Assembly (NCBI GenBank): GCA_035536455.1 | Contig: DATLOC010000053.1 | Span: 135,478-199,477 of the forward strand | Source of the DNA: Thermoanaerobaculia bacterium | GTDB taxonomy: Bacteria > Acidobacteriota > Thermoanaerobaculia > Multivoradales > UBA5704 | DNA length: 64,000 nt | Reading direction: 5' to 3' | Notes under the pieces: generated by a model | Databases searched by the model: none | What the model saw: only the letters and a program-made list of their open reading frames with translations | Told to the model about the DNA's origin: nothing | Shown: positions 1 through 9,817 of the stretch, in pieces | How positions within the stretch are numbered: the first letter of the stretch is position 1 | Layout of the letters: the number at the start of each line of letters is the position of its first letter | Position numbers and translations under genes: made by a program

Positions 1-1193
1 GCGGGCGCGGAGGGCTTCGGGGGCCACCGACCCTCCTGCCGCGACGCCGGCGAGGAAGGCGCGGAAGGCGGGGGCGAGGGCGCCGCCCTCCCCTTCGAGC
101 AGGTAGCGCACCCAGAACGAGGCCTGGGCGTAGTGCAGGCGGGCGCCGCCGCCGGCGACGAAGGCGGCCCACTCGAGGTCGAGCAGCTCCGCCAGCGGCC
201 GCAGCGTCCCCGCCTCGACCCCCTCGGCCAGCCGGTGGAGGGCGGCGGGGCCGCCGAAGAACTGCCGGCGGAAGCCCTCGACGACGATGGCGCCGCCGAG
301 CGTCCCCGGCGCCAGCCGTCCGGCCTCATCGATCCGCGACAGCGCCAGCTCGTCGGCGATCCCCTCGTCGAGCCAGCTCGGCAGCGCCGGGCCGATCGCC
401 CGCCGGTTCAGGAGGTGGGTCAGCTCGTGGACCAGCGTGCCGCCGACCTCGGCGCGGCGGCGGCCGCCGTCGAAGAGGGCCGCCAGGCCGTGCCCGGTGT
501 GGCCGGAGGCCCGGCGAGCCGGCCTTCGCGCTCCTGGAAGCCGCGGTAGGCCGCCTCGTCCGCGAAGAGGACCACGGTCTCGGCCGGCTCGCCCACCGGC
601 GCCAGGCCGTAGCGGGCGCGGTAGCTCGGCTCGATGCCGGCCGCGATGCGGTCCAGCCAGGCCAGCCGCTCGGGGTCGGCGAGGTCGGTGACCAGGGCGT
701 AGGGCCCGAGCCGCCCCTCGTCGGCGCCTTCACCCAGCGCGGCGCGGGCGACGGCGAGGAGCGCCGGGTCGGCGGGCGCGCCGGGGAGCGGCAGCGTCGG
801 GTCGGGGGCGCTGCCGAGCGGCGGCTCGTCCCAGTCCCCTTCGAGCGACACCCAGCCGGAGTGCCCGCGGTACTCGACCTTCACCCAGCCCGGCCGGTGA
901 TCGAGGACCTCGAGGTTGCCGTAGGCGTGGAAGCGGGTGATGGCGCGGGCGCCGGCGCGCGGCGCGGCGTGGAGGGCGTCGCCGCGCTCGATCGAGATAC
1001 TCGCCGGCGGCGGCGGCACGGCGTTGGGGTCGAGCGGGAAGGAGCTCCCCTTCTCGAAGAGCCCCTCGCTCAGCTTCCAGGGGCGTGGCGCCCGCGGCGG
1101 CGGCGGCTCGCGGCGCAGGACCCAGGCGGCGGCGCCGAGACCGGCGGCGGCGAGGAGCGCCAGGGCGACGACGAAGGCGGCGCGGCGGCCCAT
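1..1193 (-). CDS. secreted SH3b-domain / HExxH zinc-metallopeptidase-like protein; 3' end runs off the window; apparent 1-nt frameshift near 490-500 in a C-run
   Basis: ORF 420..1241 gives a signal peptide (MGRRAAFVVALALLAAAGLGAAAW) and an SH3b-like VKVEYRGHSGWVSLEG. Reverse translation of 1..500 in the adjacent frame continues as ...HTGHGLAALFDGG...TLVHELTHLLNRR...WLDEGIADELA (HExxH). Confidence 0.5.
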
Positions 1194-1215
1194 CGCCGGC
1201 CATTGTAGACGCCGC

Positions 1216-1992
1216 TCAGGGCGCGGACGGCCGGCGCGCACGCCGCCAGACGAGGACGCTCCAGGCGAGCGCGAGCGCCGGCAGCAGGACGAAGAGCGGC
1301 GGCATCCAGCGCGCCGCCTCCGCCGCCTCGCCCGGGCTCGGCGGCAGCCCCTGGTGCGCCCGCCAGGCGGCGACGTACTCGGCGATCCAGGCCGGCAGCG
1401 CGTCGTAGGCGAGGACGGCCGAGGCGATCGACGCGCCGTGGACGACGATCGAGAGCGGCAGGACCGCGGGCCTCAGCCGCAGCGCCGCGGCGCCCACCAG
1501 GCACTCCAGGACCCCGACGGCGACGCAGAGCGCGGCGGAGCCGGCGGGCGGCAGCTCGAGCCCGAACCAGGGCGTCGGTGGCGCCGCCACCATCCAGCGC
1601 ACCGCCTGCTTGACGCCGCTCAGGATCGCCAGGACGCCGAAGAGGACGGTCCACCAGGTCTCCGCCCGCAGCAGCCGCTCCGGCACCATCGGCACGGCGG
1701 GACGCGCCGGGCTTGGCGGATAGAGCAGCTCCGAGCCCGGCAGCTCGATCGAGAGGAGGGCGTTGCCGGGCGACCAGCGGGCGAAGCGGACGAGGGCGAT
1801 CTCGACGACGGCGAAGAGCAGCGTCTTGGCGATTAGCGCCTCGAGCGTCGCCCCCGCGAAGCGCGGCCCGAGGGCCCAAACGGCGAGCGCCCAGAGGCCG
1901 CCGAAGAGGAGGTAGTCGAGGTAGACCGCCAGGAGCTGCCGCCTGCCGCTCGCGGGGGCCCGTCCGGGCGGCAGCTCGGGGTCGGTGGTCAC
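1216..1992 (-). CDS. hypothetical polytopic membrane protein
   Basis: The C-terminal ~258 aa of ORF 1216..2421 are hydrophobic (LLAVYLDYLLFGGLWALAVWALG...). A GTG start lies 8 nt after the upstream methyltransferase stop. The upstream part of the track ORF is Arg/Ser-rich junk. Confidence 0.5.
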   Translation of the reverse strand: MTTDPELPPGRAPASGRRQLLAVYLDYLLFGGLWALAVWALGPRFAGATLEALIAKTLLFAVVEIALVRFARWSPGNALLSIELPGSELLYPPSPARPAVPMVPERLLRAETWWTVLFGVLAILSGVKQAVRWMVAAPPTPWFGLELPPAGSAALCVAVGVLECLVGAAALRLRPAVLPLSIVVHGASIASAVLAYDALPAWIAEYVAAWRAHQGLPPSPGEAAEAARWMPPLFVLLPALALAWSVLVWRRARRPSAP

Positions 1993-1999
1993 ACCGCGC

Positions 2000-2683
2000 T
2001 CACGGCAGCCTCGCGCCTTCGAGCACGTAGCTCTCCTCCGCCTCGTGCTCGGCGTCGAGACCGCCGAGCTCGGCCGCGGCCCACTCCTCCAGCTCGCGCA
2101 GCACCTCCTCTTGGACGCCGGGCGGCAGGACGATGCCGCCGAGCCCGTCCTTGCTCCGCCAGTCGGCGAGGGCGCGGCGTGGCGAGTGGACGGCCGGCCA
2201 GGAGGCGGCGACGGTCCGTGGCAGCTCGCGGGCGCCGCGGGCGCGGAGGGCTTCCAGAAAGCGCTTGCCTCCCGCTGAGCGGGGAGCGTAACCGCGCTCG
2301 CGCAGCCGCCGCCGCATCTCGCGAGCGAGACGTCCCTTGACGCTCTCGGGCGGGCGCTCGACCCACCCCACGACGCAGGCCGCGCCCGCTCCTCCCACCC
2401 GTAAAAGCTCCCCCACCACATGCTCTTCCGGCAGCAGGTGGAGGGCGCGCGAGCCGAAGACGGCGCGGGCGGCAGCGTCCGGCAGCGGCCAGGAGCGCGC
2501 GGCGTCGGCCTGCACCAGCGGGGCGCCGGCGGGGAGTTGCCGGCGGAAGACCTCGAGCATCGGGCGCGAGACGTCGAGGCCCAGGTAGCGGACGGGCTGC
2601 TCCAGGAGCCAGCGGCCGACCAGCCCGGTGCCGGCGCCGACCTCGAGCAGCAGGTCGCCGGGCCGCGCGCCGGCCAACGCCAC
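2000..2683 (-). CDS. class I SAM-dependent methyltransferase (N-terminal boundary uncertain)
   Basis: Motif I LLEVGAGTGLVGRWL lies close to the called GTG start. The frame stays open upstream (…TSFDAQAAEFDLRAGLTAETGRAAAAAVV) with no canonical start codon. Confidence 0.7.
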   Translation of the reverse strand: MALAGARPGDLLLEVGAGTGLVGRWLLEQPVRYLGLDVSRPMLEVFRRQLPAGAPLVQADAARSWPLPDAAARAVFGSRALHLLPEEHVVGELLRVGGAGAACVVGWVERPPESVKGRLAREMRRRLRERGYAPRSAGGKRFLEALRARGARELPRTVAASWPAVHSPRRALADWRSKDGLGGIVLPPGVQEEVLRELEEWAAAELGGLDAEHEAEESYVLEGARLP

Positions 2684-2795
2684 GACGGCCGCCGCCGCGG
2701 CGCGGCCGGTCTCAGCCGTGAGCCCCGCCCGGAGGTCGAACTCCGCGGCCTGGGCGTCGAAGGAAGTCGCTGGGGTCAGCGGCGGCGCTCCGCGG

Positions 2796-3378
2796 TCAGC
2801 CGGCGTGAGACGAGTGCCCGATGATCGGCCGCACGATCTTCGCCATCGCCAGCCCGGCGAGGAGCCACCCGACGATATGGTCGATCGCCTCGGCGCCGAT
2901 GTAGGCCGTGGGGTAGCCGTACCAGATCCAGTACGAGGCGCTGCCCGCCAGAGCGACGAAGACGCCGGCCAGCGCCACCAGCAGCACGCGGCGGCCGTAG
3001 GGGGCGACGACGTGCGCCAACCCGAAGGCGACGAGGAGCGCGGCCAGGATGTCGGACACCAGCTCGTACACGAGCCCGCGCATGGGCATCGGCTCGGCCC
3101 CTTGCGGATGGACCACCATGATGCCGCTCGGGCCAGTGCGCATGCGCTCCATCCAGGCCTCGTGCTGCGCGGGCGTCATGTCGGGGCTCATCCCGGCGGC
3201 CGGGAAAAAAGTAGAAGCCGTCCTCCCGGACGTTCGCGCGCAGCGCGCCGAGCACCGCCTCCTCGCCCGGGAGCGCGCTGATCCCCGCCGTCGCCAGCGG
3301 CGTCGCCATGTGCTGCACCGCGCTCCACGCGAAGACGATGAGGCCGCCGACCACGGCACCCAGCAGGATCCGTTTCAT
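2796..3378 (-). CDS. exported membrane protein of unknown function, disrupted by a 1-nt homopolymer frameshift at about 3205-3213
   Basis: AGGAGG RBS plus ATG. Signal peptide MKRILLGAVVGGLIVFAWSAV...EDGFYFF (tail of ORF 2776..4125) continues in the adjacent frame as FFPAAGMSPDMTPAQHEAWMER...TM helices...GHSSHAG* (ORF 2796..3359). The shift sits in a T6/C3 run. Confidence 0.55.
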
Positions 3379-3439
3379 GGTCTCCTCCTGAAAGAAAAAA
3401 GTGGCGAGAGCATAAAGCACCCGCCGCCGGGGGGAAGCG

Positions 3440-5578
3440 CTAGAGCGGCCTGACGGTGCAGACCTTGGCGGCGACGCGCTGGCCGGGGCCGAGGGAGAGG
3501 CGGGGGTAGACGCCGGGGTTGGGCTCGCGCTCGGCTTCGCGCTCGATCGCCTCGACGAAGGCGTCGCGGGAGAGGGTGGCGCCGAGGTGCGCCAGGGCGT
3601 GGTCGGCGAGCGACAGCACCCAGTGGGCGGTGAGCCGGTGCCGCGTGTCGTCGGCGGTCCCGCCGCCGGCGGCGCCGCGGGAGCGCAGCCAGGCGCTGGT
3701 GCGGTAGCCGTGCGGGCCCTCCTCGCCTGGCGCTCTGAAGGGGGAGACGACGGAAGAGCGCTCCTGCCAGCCGGGGGCGAGCGGCGCTTTCCCCAGGAGG
3801 GTGCCGGAAACGAAGACCTGGCGGGGGACCAGCGGCCCCGGCGGCGGCAGCGCGGCGAGGTCGGCGGCCGGCAGCCAGAGCACGAGCGCCGACAGCGCAC
3901 GGGCGCCGCGTGCGAGGAGGTCCGGCGGCAGCGGCGCGTCCGGCGGCAGCGCCCGCTCGGCGAGATCGACGCGGCCCTCGCCGGCAAGGCCCCGGCGCAA
4001 CGCGGCCGCCGCCGCGCGCCCGCGCACGTCGTCGCGGTACACCTGGAGGACGTCCGAGCGTCGGTCCGCCTGAGCGCCGTCGAGCAGGTGCCGCGCCAGC
4101 GCCTCGCCCTCCGCTTCCAGCCCACCTGAAAAATAGATGGTGTAGTCGCCGGAAGGCTCCAGCACCGGCAGGTCGGTGTCGGGGAAGAGGCAGGGGATCG
4201 CGCGCCGCTCGCAGACCTCGTGCACCGGCCGCCAGCTCCCGCCGCCCGCCCCGCCCAGCAGCGCGAAGACGGGCCGCGCGCCGAGCCGCGCCTCGAGCTG
4301 TCCCGCCCAGCCCTCCTCCGGCCCCGCCAGCTCCCAGACGTGCAGCACCCACTCGCGCCGCCGGCCGGTCAGATCCTCGCCGTATCCCGGGGTCGAGGCC
4401 GCCTTCCGCGCCAGGCCGGGGAGCATGGCGTTGCGCCAGCGGACGTAGGCCGCCGCCACCTCCAGCCAGGCCGCGCGCCGCGCCGGCTCCGCGTCGGGCG
4501 TAACGACGGTGGCGAAGTGGACCCGCGCCGGCTCGACTCCCGGCGGCTCCGTTGCGCCCAGCGTGCGCAGGTAGGCCGTGAGGTCGGCGAGGTCGCCCTC
4601 GCTCAGCTGGTAGCGCGGCATCAGCGGGTCGAGCGCCCGCCCCGTCGGGTCGTGCCCCTCGCGGAGGGCCACCGCGAGCGTGGCGTCGCCGTAGGGCGGG
4701 CGCGGCGAGCCGGTCCGCACGCGGCTCCACGGCTGCGGCGCGAGCTGCTCCTGGAAGAGGGCGCGGAAGAGGAGGCCGGTCGGAGGCGGCTCGGCGAAGA
4801 GCGCCGGCGCGGTGATCGGCGGCACCGCCACCGTCCCCTCGACGCCGCCGAAGCCGCTGCGGCGGTGGCAGGTGGCGCAGGCCGCGGCGCGGCCGGACGC
4901 CGGCACGTCCCCCTGGAGGACGGCGGCGAGCGGCGCGCCCGAGGGCAGCACGCCGCCGCGGTAGATGCGCTCCCCCGCCCGCGCGTCGCCCTCGGCCGGC
5001 GCCGGCGCGGCCGGGGGCAGGCGCTCGACCTCCGCCACCAGGTCGGCGGCGGCGAGAAAGCCGTCGATCCGCACCCAGGGCGCGCCCGGGGCGGCGCGCA
5101 GGAAGGTCGACGGCTCGTGCCGCATCTTGTCGCCGCGGTAGGCGTCGAAGGCCTCCTGCACGGCGAGGACGTCGGGCGGCTTGCCGGTCAGGAAGCGCCA
5201 GCGCCGCCCCGCCCCGAAGCGCGCCGCATACTCGCGCACGCGCGCCGGCGTGTCCTCCTCGGGGTCGATCGAGATCGAGAGGATCCGCACGTCGGGCAGC
5301 CGCTCCTGCGCCGCCGCGAGGGTCCCGGTCAGGACCGGGCAGACCGTGGCGCAGGAGGTGAAGAGGAAGTGCAGGACGACCGGCCCGGCGCGCTCCAGCT
5401 CGGCGCGTAGGCGCACCGGCGCCCCGTCCATGCCGACCAGCGCGACGTCGGGGGCGCGGTAGGCGTGGAGGGTGCGGCTGTAGCGCGGCGCGTCCGCGGC
5501 GCCGCCCGGGGGAGCGGCCAGCGCCAGCGCGCAGCCGAGGAGGACGGCCGCCTCAGTGGACCGAGAACACGGCCACAT
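3440..5578 (-). CDS. SCO1/SenC thioredoxin-like domain + c-type cytochrome (CxxCH) + periplasmic solute-binding-like domain fusion protein
   Basis: Signal peptide; the SCO motif FLFTSCATVCP with DPEEDTP; heme site CATCH; a C-terminal ~450 aa LivK/Peripla_BP-like region. 712 aa. Confidence 0.7.
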   Translation of the reverse strand: MWPCSRSTEAAVLLGCALALAAPPGGAADAPRYSRTLHAYRAPDVALVGMDGAPVRLRAELERAGPVVLHFLFTSCATVCPVLTGTLAAAQERLPDVRILSISIDPEEDTPARVREYAARFGAGRRWRFLTGKPPDVLAVQEAFDAYRGDKMRHEPSTFLRAAPGAPWVRIDGFLAAADLVAEVERLPPAAPAPAEGDARAGERIYRGGVLPSGAPLAAVLQGDVPASGRAAACATCHRRSGFGGVEGTVAVPPITAPALFAEPPPTGLLFRALFQEQLAPQPWSRVRTGSPRPPYGDATLAVALREGHDPTGRALDPLMPRYQLSEGDLADLTAYLRTLGATEPPGVEPARVHFATVVTPDAEPARRAAWLEVAAAYVRWRNAMLPGLARKAASTPGYGEDLTGRRREWVLHVWELAGPEEGWAGQLEARLGARPVFALLGGAGGGSWRPVHEVCERRAIPCLFPDTDLPVLEPSGDYTIYFSGGLEAEGEALARHLLDGAQADRRSDVLQVYRDDVRGRAAAAALRRGLAGEGRVDLAERALPPDAPLPPDLLARGARALSALVLWLPAADLAALPPPGPLVPRQVFVSGTLLGKAPLAPGWQERSSVVSPFRAPGEEGPHGYRTSAWLRSRGAAGGGTADDTRHRLTAHWVLSLADHALAHLGATLSRDAFVEAIEREAEREPNPGVYPRLSLGPGQRVAAKVCTVRPL

Positions 5579-7817
5579 CGTGGTGCAGCGGATCGAACTG
5601 GTAGAAGCGGAGCCGGCGCCCGGGGTCGAAGTTGTAGGTGATGTGGACCTTCTGGACGCTCGGCTTGTAGGGATCGCGGGTGGCGGGCGGCAGCATGACC
5701 GGCGCCGCCGTGTTGATCCACCAGTAGTTGCGGCCGAAGGTGAACCAGCAGCCCGAGCCCGCGACCTTGACCGACGACTTGTACTGGTTCTCCCAGCCGC
5801 GGCCGCCGCCGAAGTCGACGTTGATGTAGCCGCGCTGGTAGTAGTCGCCGTTGATCAGCGTCACCTTGACCTGCGTGCCGCGGGTCTGGAACGGGGGGAA
5901 GTTGATGAGGGTGCCCTGGGTGAACTCGCCGTAGATCGTGTTGTTGACGTAGAAGAGGGTGAGGTCGGCGTCCTTGTCCAGCTCGACCCCCTTGGGGAGC
6001 TGGTTCCGCTCCTTCCAGTCCTCGAAAGCGCTCCAGCCGGCGTCGGCCTGCGCCCGCACCGTCTTCCAGTCGCCCGTGCCGGCGGCGTCGCGCGCCGCGC
6101 GAAGCGCCTTCCACATCTTCTTGGCCGGCGACAGGTCCCCGATCTGGGCGATCGCATAGCTGCGCGCCTCCTCGCTCGAGGTCGGGGCCGGGCCGAAGGT
6201 GTCGATCTCCCACTGGGCGAGCGTCTTGCCGGCCACCGGCATGGTGGCGTCGTCCATCACCTGCACGCGCGGCGGGTGCATGCGCCAGCCCCAGGTGTAG
6301 ATCAGCTTGTAGTACGGGCCGGGCGCCATCTTGATCTTGAGCACCGTGCGGGTGCCCTCCTGCATCGGGAAGAAGCTCTGGTCCATGCCCATCCCCGGGC
6401 GCTTCCCCGCCGGCGGCGGCGACGGCGGGATGCACGGCGGCGGCGGCGTGGGCGGATGCGGCGCGTCGGGGGGCACCAGGTTCCAGTACATGACGTAGGG
6501 GGAGAAGTCGTCCTCGCCGCGGGTCAGGACGTCGATCGTGTAGGTGACCGTCCAGGTGACGTCGAGGGCGTTGCCGAGGCCGCTGACGTCGAGCAGCCCG
6601 GTGTCGGACTCGAAGTGGTTGTCGTACCAGACCTGGTGGACGTCGACGTTGCCGCCCACCACCTTGCCCGTGGCGTCGTAGATCGGCAGCACCTTCTTGA
6701 TCTTCTCCGGCCCGTTGTAGTGCAGCAGCGGCAGGCCGCTGTAGGCGCGGTTGCGCACCGGCCTCCCCTCCAGGATGTCGATGCCGTTCTGGATGGCCGC
6801 GCGGATCAGCTCCGACTCGACCGGGTCGCGCGGGCCGACGTCGCGCAGCCGGTCCCAGAGGGCGTCGAGGTCCTGGGTCGGCGAGATGGGGTTGATCGCG
6901 GTGACCACCGGCTCGCCGTCGTGGAGGTTGTAGAAGACGGTCGGGGTCGAGGGCAGGGTGTTCTGCACCTCGTTCCCGAGGCTGTCGAAGAGGTTGGTGT
7001 AGACGGTGGGCAGGAGGTTCGTGCCCGGCGGATCGACGAACGGGTAGCTCTGCGGGAAGTGGCTCTCGCCGGTGACGATGGTGGTGACGTTGCCTTCCGT
7101 CGTCTGGCAGGAAGGCGCCAGCGGCGGCTGCGGGTGCGGGTGCTGGGCGAAGCCGGCGGCGGCGCCGAGGCCCAGGAGGAGCCCGGCCAGGGCGGCGAGC
7201 GGCAGCGGGCCGCGCCGGCGCGGCGCGCCGGCGGCCGGCGCGCGCGGCGCGAGCCAGGCGATGCGCTCGGCGATCCACGCCGGGTCGGTCCGGGCCGGCA
7301 CCGACCCCCACAGGCCCACCGCCGCGTTGCCGTAGCGCAGCAGGCCGCGCGAGCAGTCCTGGATCGGCGCGGCGGCGTGCTCGGCGTGCGCTCCGGCCGC
7401 CGCGGCGGTCCCGGCGTCGTGCAGGAAGAGCCGCGAGCGCAGCAGCTCCATCGCCGCCGGCTCGCCGGTCAGGAAGAGCCAGCCGGGGCCGGCGCCGTGC
7501 GCGGCGGCGAAGTCGCGCAGCGCCCGCGGCGTGTCGTGCTCGGGGTCGGTAGTGAGCGAGTAGAGGAAGACGTCCCGCCCCATCCGCCCGCCGACGAGCG
7601 CCTGCACCTTGGCCAGGTTGTCGGCTACCGGGTAGGCGGCCTCGCCGGCCAGCGAGAAGACGTGCAGCACGACCGTCTTGCCGCGCACCAGGTCGCTCCA
7701 GAAGCGCGCGCGGCGGCCGTCGTGGCCCTCGACCACGACGTCGGGGAAGTAGCCCGCCGGCAGCCCGCATTGCGGCTCCTCGGCCGCCAGCCCCAGCACC
7801 TGCCTGCGGTTCATCAT
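5553..7817 (-). CDS. Tat-exported protein with an N-terminal SCO-like thioredoxin fold lacking CxxxC, plus a ~550-aa C-terminal domain of unknown function
   Basis: MMNRRQVLGLAA (RR motif); VVLHVFSLAGEAAYP...DPEHDTP is SCO-like; Pro-rich linker [23 protein letters not shown]. Start ATGATGA overlaps the MCO stop. Confidence 0.6.
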   Translation of the reverse strand: MMNRRQVLGLAAEEPQCGLPAGYFPDVVVEGHDGRRARFWSDLVRGKTVVLHVFSLAGEAAYPVADNLAKVQALVGGRMGRDVFLYSLTTDPEHDTPRALRDFAAAHGAGPGWLFLTGEPAAMELLRSRLFLHDAGTAAAAGAHAEHAAAPIQDCSRGLLRYGNAAVGLWGSVPARTDPAWIAERIAWLAPRAPAAGAPRRRGPLPLAALAGLLLGLGAAAGFAQHPHPQPPLAPSCQTTEGNVTTIVTGESHFPQSYPFVDPPGTNLLPTVYTNLFDSLGNEVQNTLPSTPTVFYNLHDGEPVVTAINPISPTQDLDALWDRLRDVGPRDPVESELIRAAIQNGIDILEGRPVRNRAYSGLPLLHYNGPEKIKKVLPIYDATGKVVGGNVDVHQVWYDNHFESDTGLLDVSGLGNALDVTWTVTYTIDVLTRGEDDFSPYVMYWNLVPPDAPHPPTPPPPCIPPSPPPAGKRPGMGMDQSFFPMQEGTRTVLKIKMAPGPYYKLIYTWGWRMHPPRVQVMDDATMPVAGKTLAQWEIDTFGPAPTSSEEARSYAIAQIGDLSPAKKMWKALRAARDAAGTGDWKTVRAQADAGWSAFEDWKERNQLPKGVELDKDADLTLFYVNNTIYGEFTQGTLINFPPFQTRGTQVKVTLINGDYYQRGYINVDFGGGRGWENQYKSSVKVAGSGCWFTFGRNYWWINTAAPVMLPPATRDPYKPSVQKVHITYNFDPGRRLRFYQFDPLHHDVAVFSVH

Positions 7818-9718
7818 GGCTCGCGCTCCTCCTCCTGGTCCTCCTGGAAGCTCGAGGCGGCGGGCCGCGACTCGAGGTGCGGCGGCGCCGCTTCCGTGCC
7901 GTAGACCGCCGAGGCCGGCCGCGAGCCGACGAAGCCCTGGCCGGGCTCGACGATGTCCCAGCGCACCATCATCGAGTGGTCCTCGTGCACCACGTTGTGG
8001 CAGTGCATGACGTACTTGCCGAGGAAGTCGGTCCAGCGCATCACCACCTTGATCTCGTCGCCGGGCAAGAGCGTCGCCACGTCGCGCCGCTTGCCGCCCA
8101 TGAAGCGCTTGATCGGCTTGGGCTTGGGCCCGCCGTCGAAGTAAGGGACGTGGACCTCCTCCCCCTCGTGCCAGTCCTGCACCCAGCTGCGGTCGAAGGG
8201 CACGCCGTTGACCTCGAGGATCAGGAACTCGGTGAAGTGGCTGTGGATGGGGTGCGACCAGGAGTTGCCGCCGTTGCGGAAGATCCACACTTCCGCCGTC
8301 CCCTGCTCGATGCCGGCGTCGATGCGGTTGGGGTCGAAGACCTTGCCGTTGACCGTCCACAGGCCGCCGTCGTAGTCGAACTCCCACACCCGCTCGCGGC
8401 GGATCTCGCCGGGCTCGATGTGCGGCCACTCGCGGAACCTGTCGGGGACGCGGCTGGGGTCGGGGCCGGTGGCGGCGACGACCCGGAACTCGATCAGCGG
8501 ATCGCCGGGGTCGAGCATGCGGCCCGAAGGCCCCTTGCCGTTGGTCTGCTCGAGGCGGTTCATCACCCGCACCGTCTCCCCCACCCGGTACTGCGAGAAG
8601 TCGAGGATGATGTCCACGCGCTGGGCGACCGAGAGGAAGATGCTCTCGGCCTCGAGCGGCCGCGGCAGGATGTTGCCGTCGCCGCTGATGACGAGGAAGG
8701 GACGGCCGCTCGAGAGGAAGATCTGGTAGAAGCGCGACGGCCCGCCGTTCAAGATGCGGAAGCGGTACTTGCGCCGCTCGACCTCGAAGTAGGGCTGGAT
8801 GCGGCGGTTGACGGTGTAGCGGTCGCCGAGGATGCCGTCGGTGTTGAAGGGGTTCCAGCGCACCTGGCCGGTCTCGTCGAACATCACGTCGTGGAGGATC
8901 AACGGCACGTCGTACTTGCCGCTCGGCAGGCCCCAGGCGGGCGGCGGGTCGTTCTCGTTGCCGGTGTCCCGATCGTCGAAGAGGCAGTAGAAGCCGTCGA
9001 GCCCGGCGTAGACGTTCGAGGCGGTGAAGTCCAGGCGGTGGTCGTGGTACCAGAGGGTAGTGAGCTTCTCGCGCGGGTCGAAGTTGGACGGGAAGTTGGG
9101 GTAGTGGTGGTCCCAGAACTCACCGGTGTCGATCCAGTCCTGCGGCTGGCCGTCGCTCTCCGAGGCGGTGTGGCCGTTGTGCAGGTGGCTGGTCGTCGAG
9201 GGCAGCGCGAAGTTGACCTTGCTCACCCCGACCGGCGGCAGGTCGTTGTAGCGCCGCACCAGGATCGCCTCGCCGTAGCGCGCGTGGTAGGTGGGCCCGG
9301 GGGTCGAGCCGTTGAAGCCCCACGACAGGCTGCCGGTCTTCCACGGCGGGCCGTCGGAGCCCCACGTCGGGCTGCCGTCGCCGTAGGGCGGGTCCGGGTG
9401 GTAGGACCAGAGGAATTCCTGCTCGCGGATCTCGTAGAACTTCTGCGGCTTGAACTCCTCGTAGCGCTGGTGCGCGCGCGGATCGGGCTGCGGGTCGAGC
9501 TTCGCGACCGGCTGCATGATCGGCGGCACGAAGAGCGGCGCGACGAAGGGCCGCGCCGGCGGGCTCGGGGTGGCGAGATCGGGCGGCTCGCCGTCGGGCG
9601 GGCAGAGGAACTTGAGCAGATCGCTCGGGTCGGCGGCCGCGGCGCGCCGGGCGAGGAGCCCGGAACCGCCGGCCACCAACCCGAGCTTGAGGACTTCCCT
9701 CCGTCGGATCATCGGCAC
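7814..9718 (-). CDS. multicopper oxidase (three cupredoxin domains), Tat-secreted
   Basis: RRREVLKLG Tat motif. Copper-site motifs HLHNGH, WYHDH, HPIHSH and HCHNVVHEDHSMM. Confidence 0.85.
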   Translation of the reverse strand: MPMIRRREVLKLGLVAGGSGLLARRAAAADPSDLLKFLCPPDGEPPDLATPSPPARPFVAPLFVPPIMQPVAKLDPQPDPRAHQRYEEFKPQKFYEIREQEFLWSYHPDPPYGDGSPTWGSDGPPWKTGSLSWGFNGSTPGPTYHARYGEAILVRRYNDLPPVGVSKVNFALPSTTSHLHNGHTASESDGQPQDWIDTGEFWDHHYPNFPSNFDPREKLTTLWYHDHRLDFTASNVYAGLDGFYCLFDDRDTGNENDPPPAWGLPSGKYDVPLILHDVMFDETGQVRWNPFNTDGILGDRYTVNRRIQPYFEVERRKYRFRILNGGPSRFYQIFLSSGRPFLVISGDGNILPRPLEAESIFLSVAQRVDIILDFSQYRVGETVRVMNRLEQTNGKGPSGRMLDPGDPLIEFRVVAATGPDPSRVPDRFREWPHIEPGEIRRERVWEFDYDGGLWTVNGKVFDPNRIDAGIEQGTAEVWIFRNGGNSWSHPIHSHFTEFLILEVNGVPFDRSWVQDWHEGEEVHVPYFDGGPKPKPIKRFMGGKRRDVATLLPGDEIKVVMRWTDFLGKYVMHCHNVVHEDHSMMVRWDIVEPGQGFVGSRPASAVYGTEAAPPHLESRPAASSFQEDQEEEREP

Positions 9719-9817
9719 CTCCGAGGAGCGGCTAGTCGACTGCTGGCTGCTGGAACGCCCAGAAAGCTAGCCGGGCTTCATCAACTTGTCAAGCACAGGA
9801 TCTTCCTTGTTGACGGG

